Positions 20,598 to 30,444 of a stretch of DNA of 64,000 nt are shown here, piece after piece (position 1 is the stretch's first letter; each line of letters begins with the position of its first letter). The notes under the pieces were generated by a model. The model saw nothing but the letters and a program-made list of their open reading frames with translations, was not told the origin of the DNA and searched no databases. A program made the translations under genes and the position numbers. Source of the stretch: Terriglobia bacterium (GTDB lineage Bacteria; Acidobacteriota; Polarisedimenticolia; Polarisedimenticolales; JAIQFR01); contig CAVVHE010000004.1 of assembly GCA_963748015.1 (NCBI GenBank), positions 1,600,001-1,664,000 on the forward strand. The letters are read 5' to 3'.

Positions 20598-21698
20598 TCA
20601 CGTGCGGAGTTGGGCACCCGCACGGAATTGCGCGACCGGGACCAGCACGGCCCCAAGCGAAGTAGCGCGGAAGCCTAGCTCGACAACGTCAACGCGACGC
20701 ACCTCTCCTGTGAAACACGACGACGGCGCGTTCGATGCGAGCGAGAACAGTAAGTCGTCAAGATCCCACTCCCGGCGCTTCTTCAGGAGACCTTCCAGCC
20801 TTACGTCCATTGGGTCGGTCGCTCGGTCGTAGACATGCTTGTTTGCATCCGGAGCGAGGAGCGCACGTACGATTCTCCACGCTCGACGGAAGAGCGAAAG
20901 GAAAACACCGTCAAAGGGAATTGGACATACCACCAAGTGGAGGTCTCGGCGCCGGACATGGTCTCCAGCATCCTGCTCTATCGGCATGAGCCGCACACGA
21001 AAGCCTAGATCGTCGCCGGAGTGGTCGACGAACGAGCTCGGCACCCACACGCCCTGCTCTGCGTACCCCAGAAGCAACTTCGGCCGCCAGTAGCCGAGGA
21101 TGCTGCTCGGGAGATGGTACGCGCCCTCGCTGTGGAAGCACTCTACACAGGTTTCGATCCACCTCTCCAGGGGCGTGTCGTCCGCAACCAACCATCTGAC
21201 ACTCGAACCCGCCGCAGCAAGGTGCTGTGGGGTGTCGATGAGCGTCGCGGCCCTGTTCTTGCCAATGCCGAGCAAGATCGAAGCGGGTACGGTTCCCTCC
21301 AGCCCACAGTACTCGCGGAGGGCTGTGGCAACTCGTTCTGCAACGCGTGCATCCGAACGCCTTAACGCGTCGTGAACGGCGTACTCGAACGACAATGCAC
21401 AGTCGACCCGCAGTCTGGCGAACCTTCTCGCCAGCCGTTCAAGAGTGCCGGGAGTGCCTATCCCCGCTGCGCCGACGTCAGCCGAGAGCGCAGACGCACA
21501 GTCGGTCAAGATACTCCCCACCAGCGCGCCAGGACTCGCAGTTCGATCGACAGCAGCCCGCTGTAACGTAAGTCGAATTTGGACTGAGCCCATCATAGAA
21601 CTCAAGGATTCCTCATCCTCTCCGTACCGCGCGATCCTGGCCGGCACGCGGCCCCCTATCGGGCTTCTGCTGCAACTCGCCTCGTTCCCCATCTTCAT
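20598..21698 (-). CDS. Hypothetical cytoplasmic protein (cargo)
   Basis: 366-aa ORF with lower GC and globular composition; start uncertain. Confidence 0.7.
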   Translation of the reverse strand: MKMGNEASCSRSPIGGRVPARIARYGEDEESLSSMMGSVQIRLTLQRAAVDRTASPGALVGSILTDCASALSADVGAAGIGTPGTLERLARRFARLRVDCALSFEYAVHDALRRSDARVAERVATALREYCGLEGTVPASILLGIGKNRAATLIDTPQHLAAAGSSVRWLVADDTPLERWIETCVECFHSEGAYHLPSSILGYWRPKLLLGYAEQGVWVPSSFVDHSGDDLGFRVRLMPIEQDAGDHVRRRDLHLVVCPIPFDGVFLSLFRRAWRIVRALLAPDANKHVYDRATDPMDVRLEGLLKKRREWDLDDLLFSLASNAPSSCFTGEVRRVDVVELGFRATSLGAVLVPVAQFRAGAQLRT

Positions 21699-21962
21699 AC
21701 CACGGACACTTCCTGAACGGTTCTAACTCTCGCACTAAGGTGACGGCGGGTGTGGGTGCTCCGTCGCGCTGGTCTGCTCCCAGTCTCGGCGAGCCACCGA
21801 TTGGTTCTTCGATAAACGAGAAAGATGCGGGTCGGGAGGCCCGGGCTGGAGCGAATCTCGGGCGGCACCAAGGGTGCCGTCCGCGAGACATGGATGCCAG
21901 GACCTAGATGCGGAGATTCCCCGCCACGGCTGTGCCGCGCCCTGCAAATTCCACCTGTGGGA

Positions 21963-22048
21963 TGGTAGCGGGGGCCCGATTTGAACCTGCGACCTTCGGG
22001 CTCCGAGTGTCTCTTCCACCAAGCCGGCGAGACCTCGAGCACCCCGCC
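21963..22048 (-). pseudogene. Degenerate initiator-tRNA-Met-like sequence / att site
   Basis: The minus strand reads GGCGGGGTG...CCCGAAGGTCGCAGGTTCAAATCGGGCCCCCGCTACCA. The acceptor stem pairs, the T-stem has 2 mismatches, and there is no proper D or anticodon arm. Confidence 0.6.
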
Positions 22049-22091
22049 CGCTCGGGGGATCGCAAGGCGAGGATGCAGCCGCGGAACGGCG

Positions 22092-22436
22092 TCAGCCCGG
22101 CGGCCACTCCATGTCCCGCCCGCCGAGCAGGTGGAAGTGCAGGTGGAAGACGCTCTGCCCCGCGCCGCGGCCGCGGTTGGTGACGAGGCGCCAGCCGCGG
22201 GCGTCGATCCCCTCGCGCACGGCGAGGTCCCTCGCGACCAGGAGGATCCGGCCGAGGAGCGCCGCGTCGCCGTCGCCCGCTTCGCCAAGCGAGGACACGT
22301 GCTGACGAGGGATGATCAGGAGGTGCACCGGCGCCTGCGGGTGCAGGTCGCGGAACGCGACGATCTCGTCGTCCTCGTGGACGATCGTTGCGGGGACCTC
22401 CTTCGCCGCGATCCGGCAGAAGAGGCAGCCGCTCAC
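22092..22436 (-). CDS. hinT: Histidine triad nucleotide-binding protein
   Basis: CLFCRI..AFRDLHPQAPVHLLIIP..AGQSVFHLHFHLLGGR; GTG start overlaps the murA stop. Confidence 0.93.
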   Translation of the reverse strand: MSGCLFCRIAAKEVPATIVHEDDEIVAFRDLHPQAPVHLLIIPRQHVSSLGEAGDGDAALLGRILLVARDLAVREGIDARGWRLVTNRGRGAGQSVFHLHFHLLGGRDMEWPPG

Positions 22437-23683
22437 CGGATCCGCTCCACCGAGGCGCCGAGCGCCTGCAGCTTCGCCTCCATCGGCTCGTACCCGCGGT
22501 CGAGGTGGTAGACGCGGTCCACCACGGTGACGCCGTCGGCCACGAGCCCCGCGAGGACGAGGCACGCCGACGCCCGGAGGTCCGTCGCCATCACCTGCGC
22601 GCCGGTGAGGTCCGTCGGGCCGACCACCACCGCGGTCCGCCCCTCGATCCGCACGTCCGCCCCCATGCGGAGCAGCTCGCTGACGTGCATGAACCGGTGC
22701 TCGAAGATCGTCTCCGCGATGACCGACGTCCCCCGCGCCCGGGTCACGAGCGCCATGTACTGCGCCTGCATGTCGGTCGGATAGCCGGGATAGGGAGCGG
22801 TCTTGAGGTCGTGCGCCACCGGCGCCGCGGGGGCTTTGACGTGGATCGAGTCGCCGCCGACCCTCATCGGCACGCCGACCGACTCGAGCTGGCGGATCAC
22901 CGCGTCGAGGTGGTCCGGCCGGCAGGACGCGACCTCGACGCCGTCGCCGGTCAAGGCGCCGGCGACGAGGTACGTTCCCGCCTCGACCCGGTCCGGGATC
23001 ACCCGGTGGTGCGCGCCGTGGAGCGACTTCCGTCCCTCGACGACGATCTCGTCCGTGCCCGCGCCGTGGATCGACGCCCCCATCTCGATCAGCAGCTCGG
23101 CGAGGTCCACGACCTCCGGCTCCTGCGCCGCGTTCGAGAGGACGGTGGTCCCGTCGGCGAGCGTCGCCGCCATCATCAGGTTCTCGGTCCCGGTGACGGT
23201 CTTCTCGGGGAACGTGATCGACACCCCGTGCAGGCGCTCCGCGCGCGCCTCCACGTAGCCGTGCTCGACGCTGATCTCGGCCCCCATCTTCTGCAGGCCG
23301 TCGATGTGGAGGTTGATCGGCCGAGCGCCGATCGCGCAGCCACCCGGGAGCGAGACCCGCGCGCGGCGGTACCTCGCGAGGAGCGGGCCGAGGACGAGGA
23401 CCGACGCCCGCATCGTCTTGACCAGGTCGTAGGGCGCCTCGTACGACGCGATGCGCTCGACGCGGACGGCGGCCCGCGACCCGGCCGCGTCCACCGTCGC
23501 GCCGAGCTGCTCGAGCACCCGGAGCATCGTCCGGACGTCCCGCACGCGCGGCAGGTTCTCGATCTCGACCCGGTCGCCGGTGAGGAGGCACGCGGCGAGC
23601 GCCGGGAGGGCGGCGTTCTTCGCGCCGCCGATCTCCACCCGGCCGGTGAGCCGCCTCTGTCCCGTGATGCGCAGCTTGTCCAT
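22433..23683 (-). CDS. murA: UDP-N-acetylglucosamine 1-carboxyvinyltransferase
   Basis: [41 protein letters not shown]. Confidence 0.98.
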   Translation of the reverse strand: MDKLRITGQRRLTGRVEIGGAKNAALPALAACLLTGDRVEIENLPRVRDVRTMLRVLEQLGATVDAAGSRAAVRVERIASYEAPYDLVKTMRASVLVLGPLLARYRRARVSLPGGCAIGARPINLHIDGLQKMGAEISVEHGYVEARAERLHGVSITFPEKTVTGTENLMMAATLADGTTVLSNAAQEPEVVDLAELLIEMGASIHGAGTDEIVVEGRKSLHGAHHRVIPDRVEAGTYLVAGALTGDGVEVASCRPDHLDAVIRQLESVGVPMRVGGDSIHVKAPAAPVAHDLKTAPYPGYPTDMQAQYMALVTRARGTSVIAETIFEHRFMHVSELLRMGADVRIEGRTAVVVGPTDLTGAQVMATDLRASACLVLAGLVADGVTVVDRVYHLDRGYEPMEAKLQALGASVERIR

Positions 23684-23818
23684 GCGAGGTTCCCCGCGAG
23701 GCGGCGCGAGCGCGCGCCCCGATCGCGACCCCGGATGATAGCACCCTGACGCGGCGCGCCGCGCCGGTCTACAATGCGGTCCCCGCGCCGCCCCGACGTG
23801 CCGGCGCCGAGGTGATTC

Positions 23819-25099
23819 ATGCTCGACCTGCACTTCGTCCGGGAGCACACCGACCGGGTGGCCGACGCCCTCCGAAAGCGGGGGACGACCCTGTCCCTCG
23901 AGCCGTTCCGCGAGATGGACGAGCGGCGGCGAGCGGCCCTCGTCGAGATGGAGGGGCTCAAGAAGCTCCGGAACGAGAGCTCGAAGAAGATCGGGCAGCT
24001 CGTGAAGTCCGGCGGCGACGCGGGCTCCCTGAAAGAGGAGATGCGGCAGGTCGGGGAGCGGATCTCCGCCCTGGAGAAGGAATCCGAGTCGGCCGAGGAG
24101 GCGCTTCGCGGCCTGCTCGCCGAGATCCCGAACGTCCCGCACGAGGGCGTCCCCGAGGGGCGGTCGTCCGAGGACAACCCGGTGGTGCGCACGTGGGGCG
24201 AGCCGCCCCGGTTCGGCTTCGAGCCGAAGGCGCACTGGGACCTCGGCGCGTCGCTCGGGATCCTCGACTTCGAGCGCGCCGCGAAGGTCGCCGGGAGCCG
24301 GTTCGCCGTCTACTTCGGGGACGGTGCGAAGCTCGAGCGGGCCCTGATCCAATTCATGCTCGACCTCCACACGCGCGAGCACGGCTACCTCGAGGTCCTC
24401 CCGCCGTTCATGGTCAACGCCCAAGCGCTGTTCGGCACGGGACAGCTGCCGAAGTTCGAGGCCGACCTCTTCAAGGTCGAGCCGGGCGGGTACTACCTCG
24501 TCCCGACCGCCGAGGTGCCGGTCACGAACCTCCACGCCGGGGAGATCCTCGAGGGCGAGCGACTCCCGATCGCCTACTGCGCCTACACCCCCTGCTTCCG
24601 CTCGGAGGCCGGCTCCTACGGGAAGGACGTCCGCGGACTGATCCGGCAGCACCAGTTCAACAAGGTCGAGCTGGTGCGGTTCTCGCGGCCGGAGGACTCC
24701 TACCGCCAGCTCGACCTCCTCACCGGGCACGCCGAGGAGGTCCTGAAGCGGCTCGAGCTGCCGTACCGCGTGGTGGAGCTGTGCACGGCGGACCTCGGGT
24801 TCTCCGCGGCGAAGACCTACGACCTCGAGGTCTGGCTCCCGGGCCAGCAGCTCTACCGCGAGATCTCCTCCTGCTCGAACTTCGAGGCCTTCCAGGCCCG
24901 GCGCGCGGCGATCCGGTTCCGCCCCGGGCCGGGGGCCAAGGCGGAGCTGGTCCACACGCTGAACGGCTCCGGGCTCGCCGTCGGGCGGACGCTGGTCGCC
25001 GTCCTCGAGAACCACCAGCAGGGCGACGGGACCGTGGCCGTTCCCGAGGCCCTGAGGCCGTACATGGGCGGGCAGGAGCGGATCGAGCCGAGACGATGA
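23819..25099 (+). CDS. serS: Serine--tRNA ligase
   Basis: [39 protein letters not shown]. Confidence 0.98.
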   Translation: MLDLHFVREHTDRVADALRKRGTTLSLEPFREMDERRRAALVEMEGLKKLRNESSKKIGQLVKSGGDAGSLKEEMRQVGERISALEKESESAEEALRGLLAEIPNVPHEGVPEGRSSEDNPVVRTWGEPPRFGFEPKAHWDLGASLGILDFERAAKVAGSRFAVYFGDGAKLERALIQFMLDLHTREHGYLEVLPPFMVNAQALFGTGQLPKFEADLFKVEPGGYYLVPTAEVPVTNLHAGEILEGERLPIAYCAYTPCFRSEAGSYGKDVRGLIRQHQFNKVELVRFSRPEDSYRQLDLLTGHAEEVLKRLELPYRVVELCTADLGFSAAKTYDLEVWLPGQQLYREISSCSNFEAFQARRAAIRFRPGPGAKAELVHTLNGSGLAVGRTLVAVLENHQQGDGTVAVPEALRPYMGGQERIEPRR

Positions 25100-25103
25100 C
25101 CCA

Positions 25104-25189
25104 GGAGGGGTGGCCGAGCGGTTGAAGGCGCCGGTCTTGAAAACCGGAAGGTGCAAGCCTCGCGGGTTCGAATCCCGCCCCCTCCGCCA
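25104..25189 (+). tRNA. tRNA-Ser (anticodon TGA)
   Basis: GGAGGGG acceptor; CCGGT-CTTGAAA-ACCGG anticodon arm; long variable arm; GTTCGAATC; CCA. Confidence 0.96.
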
Positions 25190-25208
25190 GTTCCAGGAAC
25201 CGTCACCG

Positions 25209-25236
25209 TTGACGGAAACCGTCCGTGGGTTACAAT
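25209..25236 (+). promoter_or_regulatory. Sigma70-type promoter for tRNA-Ser(GCT)/glnS
   Basis: TTGACG-N16-TACAAT. Confidence 0.55.
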
Positions 25237-25277
25237 CCGCTGTTCCGGTCGTGATTCGTCCGGGTCGAGACACGTGC

Positions 25278-25371
25278 GGAGAGGTGCCGGAGTGGCTGAA
25301 CGGGACGGTTTGCTAAACCGTTGAAGGGGCCTAAACCCCTTCCGAGGGTTCGAATCCCTCCCTCTCCGCCA
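25278..25371 (+). tRNA. tRNA-Ser (anticodon GCT)
   Basis: GGAGAGG acceptor; ACGGT-TTGCTAA-ACCGT; long variable arm; CCA. Confidence 0.96.
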
Positions 25372-25402
25372 GGATTCCCCAGCCGATAGCGAGGCGGACG
25401 AC

Positions 25403-27164
25403 ATGACGACGCCGAACGATTCCACCCCCGCCCGTCCCGCGGGCGACGGCTCCGCCGACGGAGGCGCCCCGGAGAGAGCCGCGCCGCCGCAGGACTTCAT
25501 CCGCGCCATCGTCGAGACGGACAACCGGACCGGGAAGCACGGGGGGCGCGTCGCCACCCGCTTTCCGCCGGAGCCGAACGGCTACCTGCACATCGGGCAC
25601 GCGAAGTCCATCTGCCTCAACTTCGGGATCGCGCTGCAGTACGGCGGCAAGTGCAACCTCCGCTTCGACGACACGAACCCGACCAAGGAAGACGTCGAGT
25701 ACGTCGAGTCGATCCAGGAGGACATCCGCTGGCTCGGCTTCGACTGGGAGGACCGGCTCTACTACGCCTCCGACTACTTCGAGCAGCTCTACCTCTTCGC
25801 CGAGCAGCTCGTCCGCGAGGGGAAGGCGTTCGTCTGCGACCTGACCGCCGACGAGGTCCGGGAGCACCGCGGCACCCTGACCCAGCCCGGGAAGGAGAGC
25901 CCGTACCGCGACCGGCCCGCCGAGGAGAGCCTCGACCTGTTCCGCCGGATGCGCGCGGGCGAGTTCCCCGACGGGGCGCGCACGCTCCGCGCGAAGATCG
26001 ACATGGCCTCCCCGAACCTCAACATGCGGGACCCGGTCCTCTACCGGATCCTGCACGCCGACCACCACCGGACCGGCGGGGCGTGGTGCATCTACCCGAT
26101 GTACGACTACGCCCACCCGCTCTCCGACATGATCGAGGGGATCACCCACTCGATCTGCACCCTGGAGTTCGAGGACCACCGGCCGTTCTACGACTGGACG
26201 CTCGACGAGTTGCGCACCCCCTGCCACCCCCAGCAGATCGAGTTCGCCCGGCTCGCGCTGAACTACACGGTCATGAGCAAGCGGAAGCTCCTCGAGCTGG
26301 TGCGCACGGGCTTCGTCTCGGGGTGGGACGACCCGCGGCTGCCGACGATCTGCGGCCTGAGGCGGCGCGGCTACACGCCGGAGTCCATCCGCGACTTCTG
26401 CGACCGGATCGGCGTGGCGAAGCGGGACAGCGTGGTGGACATCGCGCTGCTCGAGCACTGCCTGCGCGAGGACCTGAACCGACGCGCCCCGCGCCGCATG
26501 GCGGTGCTCCGCCCGCTCAAGCTCGTGATCGAGAACTTTCCCGAGGGGCTCGTCGAGGAGATGGACGTCCCGAACAACCCCGAGGACCCCGAGGCCGGGA
26601 CGAGGAAGGTCCCCTTCTCGCGGGAGCTCTTCATCGAGCAGGACGATTTCCGCGAGACGCCGCCGCCGAAGTACTGGCGGCTCTACCCGGGGAACGAGGT
26701 GCGGCTGCGCTCGGCCTACCTCGTCCGCTGCACGGGGGTCGTGAAGGACCCCTCGACCGGCGAGGTCACGGAGCTCCGCGGCACCTACGACCCGGCCACG
26801 CGGGGGGGCAACGCCCCCGACGGGCGCCGCGTCAAGAGCACGATCCACTGGCTGTCGGCCGCGCACGCCGCCGCCGCCGAGGTGCGCCTCTACGACCACC
26901 TCTTCGGAGTGGAAGACCCCGGCGCCGTCCCCGAGGGAGCCGACTGGAAAGACACGCTCAACCCGAAGTCGCTCGAGACGCTCGGCGGCTGCAAGATCGA
27001 GGCGCTGCTCGCCTCCGCCCGTCCCCGGCGACCGCTTCCAGTTCGAGCGCGTCGGCTACTTCTGCGCCGACAGCGGCGACTCCCGCCCCGGCGCCCCGGT
27101 CTTCAACCGCACCGTGACCCTCAAGGACACCTGGGCCCGCATCGAGAAGAAGCAGGGCAGCTGA
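25403..27164 (+). CDS. glnS: Glutamine--tRNA ligase (+1 frameshift near 27020, probably a sequencing error)
   Basis: [29 protein letters not shown]. The shifted frame gives the expected C-terminus [21 protein letters not shown] with a stop at 27164. Confidence 0.95.
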
Positions 27165-27189
27165 CGGAGCGGGAGCGCTCGCCCGTCCG

Positions 27190-27270
27190 CCGCTTCGACC
27201 CGAGGCAAGAGTGTCCGGAGACGGCCCTTTCTCGGGCCGGCGAGGACGCTCTTGCCTCGGATCGAAGCGG
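27190..27270 (+). repeat. Intergenic hairpin repeat, copy 1
   Basis: Core GGAGACGGCCC-TTTCTC-GGGCCGGCGA inside long inverted arms. Confidence 0.85.
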
Positions 27271-27314
27271 CCCGCGTCGGGTCGAGTCCGGCTTCGAACG
27301 GAACGCGCCCCCGG

Positions 27315-28761
27315 CTACGGCAACGTCGCGACAGCCTTGCGGATCCGGCGCACGCAGGCTTCCCTGCCCAGCGTCTCCATCAGCGCGTAGAGCCCCGGCC
27401 CGGCGCCCATCCCCGTGCACGCCAGCCGGAGCGGGTGGACGAGCGACGGAGAGCTTCAGGCCGTCGAGCTCGGCGAACGCCTTGACCGCCGCCTCGAGCG
27501 CTTCGGTCTCGAACGGCTCCTGCGCCTCGATCACCGGCAGCGTGCGATGGAGGAGCCCGCGGCTCTCGGGGGTCCAGCGCTTCTTGACGGTCTCCTCCTC
27601 GTACGCCTCGGGATCGGCGAAGAACCAGAGGGACTTCTCGAGGACCTCGCGCACGAAGGTGATCCTCTCGCGCATGAGATCGAGGACGCGGAGCAGGTAG
27701 GCGTCGTCGAACCCCGCGATCCCTTTCGCGGCGAGGAGCGGCTTCAGCTCGCCGAGCAGCTCGGCCGGAGATTTTCTCCGGAGATACTCGCCGTTGAGCC
27801 AGCGGAGCTTCTCGAGGTCGAAGATCGCCCCCGACTTCCCGACGCGCTCGAGCGAGAACTCCTGCACGAGGTCCTCGAGCGTGAAGAAGTCGCGGTCGTA
27901 CCCCGGGTTCCAGCCGAGGAGCGCGACGAAGTTGACCAGCGCCTCCGGGTAGTACCCGTGCCCCCGGTAGTCCGAGACGGCCACGTCCGCCTGCCGCTTG
28001 CTGAGCTTCGAGCGGTCGGTGCCGAGGAGCAGCGGCAGGTGCGCGAACCGCGGCGCGTCCCAGTCGAGGTACCGGTACAGGAGGACGTGCTTCGGGGTGC
28101 TCGGCAGCCACTCCTCGCCGCGGATCACGTGGGTGATCCCCATCAGGTGGTCGTCCACCACGTTGGCGAGGTGGTAGGTCGGATAGCCGTCGGACTTGAG
28201 GAGGATCTGGTCGTCGAGGATCTCGGTCGAGATCTCGACCCGGCCGCGGACGACGTCGGAGACGACCACGGCCTTCTCGTCGGGGATTCGCAGCCGGAGG
28301 ACGTAAGGCTCGCCCGCCGCCTGCTTCGCCGCGATCTCCTCCGGGGCCAGCCGCAGGCAGAACCGGTCGTACTTGGTGGACTGCTGCTGCTTCTCCCGCC
28401 CCTTCCGCATCTCGTCGAGGCGTAGGGCGGTGCAGAAGCACGGGTAGGCCTTTCCGGTCGCGACCAGGCGGTCCGCCGCCTCCCGGTAGTGCGCGAGGCG
28501 CTCGGACTGGAAGTACGGCTCGTGCGGCCCACCCACCCCCGGACCTTCGTCGTAGTCGAGCCCGGCCCAGCGCAGCGAGTCCACGATCATCTCGACCGCT
28601 CCCGGCACGTAGCGGGTGCGGTCGGTGTCCTCGATCCTCAGGATGAACTCCCCCCCGTGCCGCCGCGCGAAGAGGAAGTTGTAGAGGGCCGTCCGGAGCC
28701 CTCCCACGTGGAGATACCCCGTGGGGCTCGGGGCGAAGCGGACGCGGACCCTGTCGCTCAT
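27315..28761 (-). CDS. gltX: Glutamate--tRNA ligase (frameshift near 27447, probably a sequencing error)
   Basis: [26 protein letters not shown]. The shifted frame gives [18 protein letters not shown] with a stop at 27315. Confidence 0.95.
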
Positions 28762-28834
28762 GCTCGTTTTCCCTCTGAAACCGGGAGTCGCGGCGCGCAC
28801 GATAGCAACCTCCCCGGCGCCCCGGCAAGGTTCC

Positions 28835-28863
28835 TTGACCGGAATGTCCGCGAACCCTATAAT
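28835..28863 (+). promoter_or_regulatory. Sigma70 promoter of tRNA-Gln
   Basis: TTGACC-N17-TATAAT. Confidence 0.75.
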
Positions 28864-28886
28864 TCCGCTCGTTTTCCGGAGCTTGC

Positions 28887-28960
28887 TGGGGAGTCGTCCA
28901 ACGGTAGGACATGCGGCTCTGGACCGTAGAATCGGGGTTCGAATCCCTGCTCCCCAGCCA
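28887..28960 (+). tRNA. tRNA-Gln (anticodon CTG)
   Basis: TGGGGAG acceptor; TGCGG-CTCTGGA-CCGTA; GTTCGAATC; CCA. Confidence 0.96.
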
Positions 28961-29084
28961 CAGCCTGGCCGCCTAGGCTCCACGCTACTCCATCCCGATT
29001 TCCCGTCGGACGGAAGGCGCGTTATGCTGGACGGCCGTCGCCTCAGTCCGCCGACGAGCGGGGAGGCCGGGTAGGACCAACGGG

Positions 29085-30437
29085 ATGGACAGTGCCCTCG
29101 CGGTGCACCGGCTGCACTTCGCCTTCACGGCGACCTTCCACTACCTCTTTCCGCAGCTCACGATGGGGCTGGCGCTTCTGATCTTCGTCCTGAAGGTCAT
29201 GGCCCTTCGCTCGGGCAACGAGGTCTACGGTCGGGGCGCGCGTTTCTGGACGAAGATCTTCGCCGTGAACTTCCTCATGGGGGTCGTGACGGGAATTCCC
29301 CTCGAGTTCCAGTTCGGGACCAACTGGTCGGAGTTCTCGCGTGCGGCCGGGGGGGTGATCGGCCAGACGCTGGCGATGGAGGGAACGTTCGCGTTCTTCC
29401 TCGAGTCCACGTTCCTCGGCCTGTTCCTGTTCGGCGAGAAGAAGCTCGGCCCGAAGCTGCACACGCTCGCCGCGTTCATGGTCTTCGCCGGCTCGTGGCT
29501 CTCCGGCTACTTCATCGTCGCCACGGATGCCTTCATGCAGCACCCCGTGGGGCACCGGGTGGAGGAGGGCGGGAGGATCGTCCTCGACAGCATCGGCGCG
29601 CTCCTCCTGAACCCCTGGGGGCTCTGGGAGTACGCGCACACGATGGCCGGATCGGTCGTCACCGCCGCGTTCGCGATGGCCGCGACCGGGGCGTTCTATC
29701 TCCTCCACGGCCGGCACGTCTCCTACGGGAAGCTGTTCGTCCGGATCGGCGTCGTCGCCGGCGCGATCGCGGCGGTGCTGCAGGTGTTCCCGACCGGCGA
29801 CGGCCAGGGGCGCCAGGTGGCCCGGCACCAGCCGGTGACGCTGGCGGCGATGGAAGGGCTGTTCCGGACCGAGGCGGGAGCGCCCCTCGTCCTCCTCGGC
29901 CAGCCGGACATGGAGAAGCGGCGGCTCGACAATCCGCTCGTCCTTCCGAACATGCTCAGCTTCCTGACGTACCAGCGCTGGAACGCCGAGATCAAGGGAC
30001 TCGAGGCCTTCCCGCGCGAGAGCTGGCCCGACAACATCCCGCTGATCTACTACGCCTACCACATCATGGTGGGCCTCGGCACGATGTTCGTCGCGATCGC
30101 GCTCCTGGCGGCGTGGAAGCTCTTTCGCGGCACCTTGTACGGCTCGCGCGCGGCGCTGTGGGTCCTGATGCTCGCGTTCCCGTTTCCCTTCATCGCCAAC
30201 ACCGCGGGGTGGATCACCGCGGAAGTGGGACGCCAGCCGTGGGTGATCTACGGCCTGATGCGGACCGCCGACGGGTACTCCAAGAGCGTGTCCGCCGGTA
30301 ACGCGGTGTTCACCCTGATCGGATTCGCGGGGATGTACACGCTGCTCGGCGTCCTCGCGATGTTCCTCGTCGGACGCGAGATCGCCCACGGGCCCGAGCC
30401 CGCGGGCGCCTCCGCCGACGGGCCACCGGCCGCCTGA
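29085..30437 (+). CDS. cydA: Cytochrome bd ubiquinol oxidase subunit I
   Basis: FHYLFP, EFQFGTNW, EVGRQPW. Confidence 0.97.
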   Translation: MDSALAVHRLHFAFTATFHYLFPQLTMGLALLIFVLKVMALRSGNEVYGRGARFWTKIFAVNFLMGVVTGIPLEFQFGTNWSEFSRAAGGVIGQTLAMEGTFAFFLESTFLGLFLFGEKKLGPKLHTLAAFMVFAGSWLSGYFIVATDAFMQHPVGHRVEEGGRIVLDSIGALLLNPWGLWEYAHTMAGSVVTAAFAMAATGAFYLLHGRHVSYGKLFVRIGVVAGAIAAVLQVFPTGDGQGRQVARHQPVTLAAMEGLFRTEAGAPLVLLGQPDMEKRRLDNPLVLPNMLSFLTYQRWNAEIKGLEAFPRESWPDNIPLIYYAYHIMVGLGTMFVAIALLAAWKLFRGTLYGSRAALWVLMLAFPFPFIANTAGWITAEVGRQPWVIYGLMRTADGYSKSVSAGNAVFTLIGFAGMYTLLGVLAMFLVGREIAHGPEPAGASADGPPAA

Positions 30438-30444
30438 GGGAAGG

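Noticed and set aside
17722..21730. Classical integron cassette array
   Set aside because: Only isolated CTAAC words (near 20462 and 21723); no paired RYYYAAC...GTTRRRY attC hairpins after the cargo stops and no IntI.
21963..22048. Functional tRNA-Pro(CGG) or tRNA-Met
   Set aside because: CTCGGAG sits at the loop position, but the anticodon stem does not pair, the D arm is absent and the T-stem has two mismatches.
11004..22050. Intact prophage or ICE
   Set aside because: No structural, replication, conjugation or complete integrase genes are present; only remnants.
25403..28761. glnS and gltX as true pseudogenes or programmed frameshifts
   Set aside because: Each has a single indel with intact sequence on both sides and no slippery heptamer seen; similar indels elsewhere point to assembly error.
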